Source: an uncultured virus (IMG/VR IMGVR_UViG_3300017593_001263) (taxonomy: Duplodnaviria > Heunggongvirae > Uroviricota > Caudoviricetes). Taken from it: a stretch of 64,000 nucleotides of DNA. Location: IMG/VR virus record IMGVR_UViG_3300017593_001263, one strand, 5' to 3'. Below are positions 57,432 through 64,000 of the stretch, piece by piece (the first letter of the stretch is position 1; each line of letters opens with the position of its first letter). The translations under genes and the position numbers were made by a program. The notes beneath the pieces are model-generated. The model saw nothing but the letters and a program-made list of their open reading frames with translations. It was not told the DNA's origin and made no database searches.

Positions 57432-57965
57432 CTACTCAACAACTATTATTATTTTCACCTTCCTCTTTGCTGGAATCTTTATAACTTGTTCCGCTTGCTC
57501 TTTGACTGCTTTCACAGATTGTGATTCTGCATCTTTATGTTTAATTTTTCTGGTTTTAGGGTACAATGCATGCAAGTTGTATTTCTTGAAGTATGGATAT
57601 AAGCTCTTTGGAGAAACTCCGAGCTCCTCGGCGATTTTTTCCATAGCTTCTTTCTTCTCCAAACCTTCGTCTGCATACTTCTTTGCGAGTTCTATAACTT
57701 TTGCTGGGTCGATTTGAACTCTCTTCTTCTTTGAACTCTCTTTCTTTTCAACCTTCTTTTTAGGTTTAACGTCTCTGATTCTCCAACCGCAATGATACAA
57801 TATTTTATGTATGTAGAAGGGACTTGTATCCAATTCGTATGCGATGTGATTAGCTATCTCGTTTCTCGATTTCCCTTCCTTTGCCATTTTTGTTGCTTCC
57901 GATATAATCCATTCTATCGTATCTTTATCCATCACTTTCGGTCTTTTTATCAACTCGCTTAACAA
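57432..57965 (-). CDS. tandem HTH protein
   Basis: IAYELDTSP..I and IAEELGVSPKSLY. Confidence 0.65.
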   Translation of the reverse strand: MLSELIKRPKVMDKDTIEWIISEATKMAKEGKSRNEIANHIAYELDTSPFYIHKILYHCGWRIRDVKPKKKVEKKESSKKKRVQIDPAKVIELAKKYADEGLEKKEAMEKIAEELGVSPKSLYPYFKKYNLHALYPKTRKIKHKDAESQSVKAVKEQAEQVIKIPAKRKVKIIIVVE

Positions 57966-57966
57966 A

Positions 57967-58230
57967 CTACATCACCTCCTTAACTACATCTTCTTCCAAT
58001 ATGCCGTAATCCCTTTTCTGTCCGAATCTGTCCAATATGACTTTTTTTAGGTATATGCCACGCCAATGTGCTTTTCTTCTATCTTGCGCAAGAGCGAGCA
58101 CAAACAGTTTTCCTTCCTCATCTCTAACGAATTTGTAGTCGAATGTGTCATCTTCTTTTTTCACCTTTGAGAGTATTTCATCAAGGGTGTTTACCCAATC
58201 CTTCTCTATTCTAACATAAACCCACATCAT
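57967..58230 (-). CDS. hypothetical protein
   Basis: coupled ORF. Confidence 0.5.
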   Translation of the reverse strand: MMWVYVRIEKDWVNTLDEILSKVKKEDDTFDYKFVRDEEGKLFVLALAQDRRKAHWRGIYLKKVILDRFGQKRDYGILEEDVVKEVM

Positions 58231-58673
58231 TTATTCACCTTGACGTCTTTACTTCCATTATATTTTGATACGTCTTCAGATACCTCAACTATAATCTTTT
58301 TAGAGCCCTCCTCCTCAACGTAAGTTCGGTAAACGAAGACGTCTGGGAAATCTCCACCAAAAGCCTTCTGTATGACCTCAAAAGGTATTGAGATGACTTG
58401 AGGATACCTTTTTCCAGCTTTGTTGATTTTCACCTTGAACAGCTTCCATTTATGCTCTTTGCTTGGCTTAATGCCATGTTTAAGAAGCAAGTTGTTGACA
58501 TAGCCGTAAGAGTAACCAGTAGCCTCACATATCTTTCTGACGCTTCCGTACTTATCCCATAGTGCTTGAAGAACCTCTTTGGTCAGAAGTCCAGAGCACT
58601 CATGCTTGTTAATGTCAAAATACTCCTCAAGCGAGTTGAAAGTCTTCCAGCACTTCAGACATTTTATTTGCAT
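58227..58673 (-). CDS. C2H2 Zn finger + HTH + AbrB-like regulator
   Basis: CLKCWKTF.....H; SVRKICEATGYSYGYV; ISIP. Confidence 0.6.
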   Translation of the reverse strand: MQIKCLKCWKTFNSLEEYFDINKHECSGLLTKEVLQALWDKYGSVRKICEATGYSYGYVNNLLLKHGIKPSKEHKWKLFKVKINKAGKRYPQVISIPFEVIQKAFGGDFPDVFVYRTYVEEEGSKKIIVEVSEDVSKYNGSKDVKVNK

Positions 58674-58756
58674 GTTAATATGTTATAAAAAGATAAATTT
58701 AAATACTTTTTCTTGATGGGAAAGAAATAAATCTGTTCAGAGATAATATATCATAC

Positions 58757-59041
58757 ATGGAAGTGGAGTGGAATCCCAAAACAGTTTTGAACTTCATAAA
58801 AACTTGCAGAAGTCACGGAGGAATCCCAGCATTTAGAACTAGGTATGCTGGTGCAAGACTGAAATTGGATCATGGATATAAAGTTATAGGAATATGCTTG
58901 GGTGGTGGTGACGAAGAACCAGTAGATTTCATAAATGTGCCAGAAGAGATTGTTGATGAGCTTGAAGAGAGGGTTGGCGACTGGAGATATTTATTTGCAA
59001 GATATTCTATGGAACTTGGTAAACCACCTATAATCAGGTAA
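58757..59041 (+). CDS. hypothetical protein, paralog of 8246-8575
   Basis: shared motif pattern. Confidence 0.7.
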   Translation: MEVEWNPKTVLNFIKTCRSHGGIPAFRTRYAGARLKLDHGYKVIGICLGGGDEEPVDFINVPEEIVDELEERVGDWRYLFARYSMELGKPPIIR

Positions 59042-59046
59042 TCGAT

Positions 59047-59400
59047 ATGAGTGAAATAATAACACTATCTAAGAAGCTAAAAAAATTTGTTGATATTGTA
59101 GGAATCGAAATGCGTGATTTGTACAAGACGATAAGGTCGGTTTATGGTGGTAGCATACAGTATATAGTTTTTAAAGACACTTGCAATATTGGATGGTATC
59201 ATTGCATCGATTTTAAGTATAGAGGTAATGAATATAGAATTGCTTTCGTTCTACCAAGTTTGAGGATATTTGTTTTCGATGGTAAGGACGTTATCTTCAA
59301 AAGTATGAAGTTACAGAAAGACGGACGATTAGCTCCAAGTAAGGCGAAAGAGGCGGTAAAACAAGTATTTCGTTTTCTTGAAGAAAAAGTGTTCATCTAA
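59047..59400 (+). CDS. hypothetical protein
   Basis: 117-aa ORF. Confidence 0.5.
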   Translation: MSEIITLSKKLKKFVDIVGIEMRDLYKTIRSVYGGSIQYIVFKDTCNIGWYHCIDFKYRGNEYRIAFVLPSLRIFVFDGKDVIFKSMKLQKDGRLAPSKAKEAVKQVFRFLEEKVFI

Positions 59401-59476
59401 AAAGTTAGAACCACTTTTAAATACTATTTTTGTAAATATAATATTAGCTAATATTAGAAATGAGAGGTGATGTGAG

Positions 59477-59773
59477 ATGGCAAAGAAAGTACAGTCTGAG
59501 CAGACCCCTGGGCGTGTTAGGCATCTCAACGGTATGGGTAGGTTCTTCATAAAGCCCTCTCTTGGAAGAGTGCTTATAAGAAAGTCTGGTGTGATTAGAA
59601 GGAGTGACAAAGTGAGGGCAATCAATAAGAAGGTTGCAGCCAACCCGCCTGCTGCAAGGGCAAAGGCTGCATGTCTGAAAGACCACCCAGAGTTTGGAGA
59701 GGTCTGCCCGATTCACTACTTCAGGAAGTACCTCAGGAAGGAAATGGAGGCTGTGGTTGGAAAGGGAGCGTAA
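59477..59773 (+). CDS. small highly basic protein, candidate nucleoprotein
   Basis: R/K-rich; GAGGTGA RBS; downstream hairpins. Confidence 0.6.
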   Translation: MAKKVQSEQTPGRVRHLNGMGRFFIKPSLGRVLIRKSGVIRRSDKVRAINKKVAANPPAARAKAACLKDHPEFGEVCPIHYFRKYLRKEMEAVVGKGA

Positions 59774-59823
59774 ACCTTGCTGTGCAAGGGGGGTTATACC
59801 CCCCATCACTTCTTCTATAATTT

Positions 59824-60189
59824 GTGGTGGTGATATTAGTGTTATTGAAAAAATTTTGCGAGCAAATTGGCGGCGAATACAAGGTAGAGGAGGATGGTTC
59901 TGAGTATTGCGATATGGGGACTCATCTGTCCGCTAAAATATATATTGGAGAGAGTGGTGGAGAAGCATACTTAAATGTAGGAGTTATAGCTCCTAATGTT
60001 GATTTAAAAATACATGCACCTAATATGGAGATTATAAAGATTGGTAGAAGGTATGAGAGAGGTGCACTATTACCACCAATACTAAAAGTTGATGTTTCTG
60101 GTTCTGAATTTAATATTTCTTATTCAACAACTATTGAGGCTATTAAGGTTAGTTATGTTGGTGACAAGATACGGGTTACGATAGATTAA
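59824..60189 (+). CDS. small CxxxGG-x-C family protein
   Basis: KKFCEQIGGEY...YCDM. Confidence 0.55.
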   Translation: MVVILVLLKKFCEQIGGEYKVEEDGSEYCDMGTHLSAKIYIGESGGEAYLNVGVIAPNVDLKIHAPNMEIIKIGRRYERGALLPPILKVDVSGSEFNISYSTTIEAIKVSYVGDKIRVTID

Positions 60190-60217
60190 TATTATTTGAT
60201 ATACCTATATATCGAGT

Positions 60218-60619
60218 ATGGAGGAAGAAATTTGGGAATTGAGAATAGACGCTCTCGATGTAGCAATACTTGATTTGCTGTATCATTCTAAAATAAAGAT
60301 GACAACGACGGATATTGCTAAAACTTTGTTTTATTATGAGAATAAATACGACCTAATGCGTTCTGATAACTTCGTCAGAAAGAGGTTGAAGAAGCTTAAA
60401 AAGTATGGTTTGGTAGAGTGCATAAAGGAAAACAACAAGATGTATTACACAATTAATCACATCAACATAATTTTTGAAGAGGATGGTGGGGTTCTTTTCA
60501 GAGTTGGCGAAATAGTTGTTAAGATTTGGGAGCTTGAAACTTCGAGACCAAGATTCTCTGGCAATATGCAAAATATATATATGTTCGAAGACAATAATGA
60601 AGTGAATATAGAGCAATAA
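60218..60619 (+). CDS. winged-helix protein, paralog of 6974-7465
   Basis: WELRIDALDVAIL..IAKTL..RLKKLKKYGLV..RP. Confidence 0.7.
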   Translation: MEEEIWELRIDALDVAILDLLYHSKIKMTTTDIAKTLFYYENKYDLMRSDNFVRKRLKKLKKYGLVECIKENNKMYYTINHINIIFEEDGGVLFRVGEIVVKIWELETSRPRFSGNMQNIYMFEDNNEVNIEQ

Positions 60620-60627
60620 TGTTTGTC

Positions 60628-60680
60628 GCAACGGAGAGGAGAACCCACAACAACAATAAAAGGATTCTCCTCTCCGTTGC
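60628..60680. repeat. 16-bp perfect inverted repeat between convergent genes
   Basis: GCAACGGAGAGGAGAA (60628-60643) / TTCTCCTCTCCGTTGC (60665-60680). Confidence 0.85.
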
Positions 60681-60905
60681 TTGATTAGTCCTTATTCCGA
60701 GTCCGCTTATCCCACTTCTATTTTAAATCCATCTTTGAATAGATTTGTTGAAACGCTGTCCACTCGCTTGTGGTAGTTGTATAAGCTGTTTTCGAACCAC
60801 GTGTATGCTTCAACGAGTGCTTCGTTTTCATCTTTTGCTTCTACTTTTATTTCCTTCACCAAGCGGACTCGGAAAGTTTTTTTGGTCATTATTATAGTAT
60901 ATTTT

Positions 60906-60987
60906 TGCAACAAATGAGACAATTGCGACAACTTCTTTTATGTATGTCGTTTTTTAATGCGACAATTTGTGCGACAACATGCGACAA
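60906..60987 (+). repeat. cluster of TGCGACAA-like octamers (iteron-like)
   Basis: exact copies at 60924, 60958, 60970, 60980; variants at 60906, 60915; inverted copy 60623-60630. Confidence 0.7.
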
Positions 60988-61016
60988 CCAATTTAATATA
61001 TATTTTCAAGTAAACA

Positions 61017-62165
61017 TTATTTTGAAATTACGCCTAACTTCCTTAATTTATTTAACCGTCTATAAAACGTTGACCTATGAATACCTAATTCATTATGAAT
61101 CCTATTTGCTCTTTCGTTGTTACTCATTTCTGGATGTTCATTAAATAACCTTACAATTTCCTTATCTATCTCATCCAACTCGATATCCAACTCAAACAAT
61201 AGTTTCGCCCTATACTCCCAATCTTTCTTGAAGTTCAGATAAATGTCCTTCAGCAAGTTATAATCCCTTAAAGTTATGCACACTTTATTATCCTTCAGCC
61301 AATCCACAACCGCAAAATCGACTCCATCCCTCTTTGCCAAAATATACATCATTTCAAGAAGCTCTTTTCTCGTAAATTTAAGCTCATAACGAACACATCT
61401 TTGTTTTAGAGCTAACATGACTTCATCCGTCTCATCAAAATAATTCATTATGAATATCATTTTGCCTTCAAAATTGAATTCGTCCAAAATACCTTCTTGT
61501 TCTAATGTGTTGTGTGCTGTTTGCCATGATACTTTACCGTCTTTGTCCAAAGCTCCGAGAAGTATATTAACTGCATTATCGTCATTAAACAAATTAACAA
61601 CATCATCGAAAATTATGATTCCATTTCTGTGGTTGTATAGCTGTTTGTATAGCATTTTTGCAGTAATCCTACCTCTTATAACATGAGTTTTTATGTTCTT
61701 CTTTTCAAAATAATTAGTAATGTTGAATGTTTTACCATACCCAGAATTACCTATTATTATGCAACCTTTTACTTCATCGCTTTTAAGAAACGTATCGAGA
61801 ACATCGTAAAGCTTTCGATAATACTTTTCAAGCTTCGGTTCGTGCTGTTTCAGTAATTCCTTTTTCTTCTCTTCAAGCTCCTTCTCGATTAACTCTCTTT
61901 CGTATTCAAGCTGTCGTTTGATGAACTCTCTTTCTTCATCTTCAATATCCTTTTTAGATTTATCAACATAACCATACTCTTTAAGAAACTTGACCATCTC
62001 TCTTTTCACTCCGTCTTTATCATTCCAATCCAAGCTGACCAAATCGAATTCTTGCCAATCTATGCCAAGCTCCTCACACTTTCTGATAAACCACCTAACC
62101 AATCTGCCGTCTATCTTATCGTTCTGTTTTTTAAGCTCTCTTATTATGTTGTCCATTAACGACAC
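61017..62165 (-). CDS. AAA+-like ATPase with coiled coil and C-terminal HTH
   Basis: GNSGYGKT, IIIFDD, ALKQR, ELGIHRSTFYRRL. Confidence 0.8.
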   Translation of the reverse strand: MSLMDNIIRELKKQNDKIDGRLVRWFIRKCEELGIDWQEFDLVSLDWNDKDGVKREMVKFLKEYGYVDKSKKDIEDEEREFIKRQLEYERELIEKELEEKKKELLKQHEPKLEKYYRKLYDVLDTFLKSDEVKGCIIIGNSGYGKTFNITNYFEKKNIKTHVIRGRITAKMLYKQLYNHRNGIIIFDDVVNLFNDDNAVNILLGALDKDGKVSWQTAHNTLEQEGILDEFNFEGKMIFIMNYFDETDEVMLALKQRCVRYELKFTRKELLEMMYILAKRDGVDFAVVDWLKDNKVCITLRDYNLLKDIYLNFKKDWEYRAKLLFELDIELDEIDKEIVRLFNEHPEMSNNERANRIHNELGIHRSTFYRRLNKLRKLGVISK

Positions 62166-62199
62166 CTTAATATCTTATACATACATAAGTTTTTAAATA

Positions 62200-62784
62200 T
62201 TATGATTTAGTAACTTTCTCGATAAGAGCCATCTTTCTTACCATGTCCGCAAACTTATCCTTTTTCAAATACATGTAATCTTCAAGCTTCTTGTAATACT
62301 TCTTATGCAGTTCGTTAAGCTTCCTATCGGATATGAAAAACAATGTTCTGCTTTGAAGACCTATAATCCTTATCGTAAACAGTATGGTCAGTATCTTTGC
62401 CGTTTCTTTATCGAACATCAAGTTTGCCAAGTGGTTGAATATGTCTATTGACTCTTTGATTGTGACACTTATCTTTACATCAGCTCCATAATCACATCTC
62501 AAAAGCAAAACCAATTTATCATTCAAATTGAATTCAATGATAAGTGGGTAATAACACACTCCGTTAATCCACACCGCCTCTATGAATATATCGACTGTTG
62601 TGTCTATAAACGTTTCAAGTGCTTTATCATCCCCTATTAGCTTGAATCTTACATTTTTTTCATTTGGAAACGGTATTCTCTCTCCATAATCTGCATTCCA
62701 CATATATTCAGCTCCCCAATGGGAGTAATGGTAATACCACTCTCCATTCCTTCTTTTCTCTATTATGAAAGCCCTATTTCCCAT
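62200..62784 (-). CDS. hypothetical protein (MG.RA..Y.YSHWG N-terminus)
   Basis: MGNRAFI...YHYSHWGA. Confidence 0.6.
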   Translation of the reverse strand: MGNRAFIIEKRRNGEWYYHYSHWGAEYMWNADYGERIPFPNEKNVRFKLIGDDKALETFIDTTVDIFIEAVWINGVCYYPLIIEFNLNDKLVLLLRCDYGADVKISVTIKESIDIFNHLANLMFDKETAKILTILFTIRIIGLQSRTLFFISDRKLNELHKKYYKKLEDYMYLKKDKFADMVRKMALIEKVTKS

Positions 62785-62795
62785 AGTTCACACCA

Positions 62796-63158
62796 CTACA
62801 GATACTTCAATTTAAGCAACATAGCTAATTTCTCTCCATCTCCTTTTCGTTCCTTTAGTACTTCCATCAAAAGCACAATATGGGTATCAAATTCCAGCTC
62901 GATTTTGTATTCTAATAAAAGTTTTGTCAGCTCTATTATCTTGTCGCTTGCGGAAATCAACCTTTTGGCTATTTCGGATTTGTTTTCTTCATCCACTATG
63001 TCGAAATAAACAACATTTGTGTTTGAGCCACACTCACTACACGAAACCTCCAATAAGTCATCATCGAAATCTATATCTCCATCACTACGTAACCATACAG
63101 TTCGTGCTATGCTTTCAACAACCCATAAACTTCCACAGTTCAAGCATATATACGGCAT
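62796..63158 (-). CDS. Zn-ribbon protein, tandem paralog
   Basis: ICLNCGSL..CSEC..KLAMLLK. Confidence 0.7.
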   Translation of the reverse strand: MPYICLNCGSLWVVESIARTVWLRSDGDIDFDDDLLEVSCSECGSNTNVVYFDIVDEENKSEIAKRLISASDKIIELTKLLLEYKIELEFDTHIVLLMEVLKERKGDGEKLAMLLKLKYL

Positions 63159-63160
63159 GG

Positions 63161-63544
63161 CTAATCACCTTTTGAAAATACCTTTAACAATACTGCCAGC
63201 TTATCATGTCCCATGTCTTTCAGCTTGACAATAAGTTTTTCCATACCCTCATCACTTATCTTGATTTTTCCATCCTTCACCAAATTTGCGAACACTACAA
63301 TTCTATCATCTCCTTTAGCGCTCAATAATGCTTTAGCAACTTCTCTTTTATCTTCACATACAATCTCGAAATCAATTAGATTTACTTCTTCATAACACTC
63401 ATAACACTCAATTCCGCTAATTTCATCCAGCTCCAAATCGTCTTTGTATACTTCTCCATCTAACTCCAACTCCACAATAGTGTATGCAACGTAATCAACC
63501 CTATATTCTAAACTTCCACAGTTCAAACAAATTCGTGGTCTCAT
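63161..63544 (-). CDS. Zn-ribbon protein, tandem paralog
   Basis: ICLNCGSL..CYEC..KLAVLLK. Confidence 0.7.
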   Translation of the reverse strand: MRPRICLNCGSLEYRVDYVAYTIVELELDGEVYKDDLELDEISGIECYECYEEVNLIDFEIVCEDKREVAKALLSAKGDDRIVVFANLVKDGKIKISDEGMEKLIVKLKDMGHDKLAVLLKVFSKGD

Positions 63545-64000
63545 ACTTCAACACCTCTCAAATATATACATTCTTCCCACTTTCCTGAATTTCAGCTTTC
63601 CCTCACTTGCCATCTTGAATAGATACGTCCTTGCAGTTAGAGGACAAATCCTAAATGCTTTTGCTACGTCACCAGCACATACGTATTTCATCTTCTTTAC
63701 GAGTTCCATAATATCTCTCTCCATCAGCTATCACCTTTTGTGGATTTTGCCAAAATTATCATTTTTTCGAGTTCTTTCTTTGTTACGTCAACCCATTTAA
63801 ACAGTTCAATTAGTTCTAAAATAGATTCAAAAACACCATTAACGAATAACACTATGTAATTGTCTACATAAGAATATGTTAGTTCTAATTTCGAAATTTT
63901 ATCTCCAAGTATGCAATATATTTTGTTGAACATTTTTGTTCTCTCAAGGAATGAATCTACCAAATCAGAACCATTAATATTTTTTATGTGGTCTTCATCT

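Noticed and set aside
58070..58088. Possible self-target of the unit at 49044 (GCTTTTTTC + TATCTTGCG versus GCTTTTCTTCTATCTTGCG)
   Set aside because: 15/18 ungapped, or a full match only with a 1-nt bulge in a T-run. A rough estimate suggests matches of about 15/18 are expected by chance for 14 guides in 64 kb. Found by eye; needs a shuffled-control search.

Overview
The window looks like part of a large archaeal mobile element (virus or plasmid) rather than a chromosome. It is AT-rich and dense in short ORFans, uses archaeal GGTGA/GAGGTG ribosome-binding sites and leaderless TATA promoters, and shows no housekeeping operons. Replication and chromatin genes include a RecA/KaiC-like ATPase, MCM helicase, PriS-like primase, DEDD exonuclease, Hjc-like resolvase, Alba, an AAA ATPase-HTH and many wHTH/RHH regulators. 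A roughly 30 kb block encodes membrane-anchored or secreted proteins (DUF2341-like, RCC1, beta-helix and TSP3 repeats), several sharing one promoter motif. The window also has two DNA methyltransferases, two solo TnpB (IS200/IS605-family) elements, an intronless tRNA-Trp, and a polyprenyl synthase + DUF402 + radical SAM operon. The main finding is at 47.9-49.2 kb: an array of 14 units with a 36-nt period (9-nt edge repeat / 9-nt spacer / 9-nt loop repeat / 9-nt spacer, both repeats TG...CYA on the minus strand). It sits directly upstream of a nuclease-less IS110/Nop-domain protein, matching a TIGR-Tas-type RNA-guided system. I recognised no capsid, terminase or integrase. All calls come from reading motifs by eye; no database searches were run.
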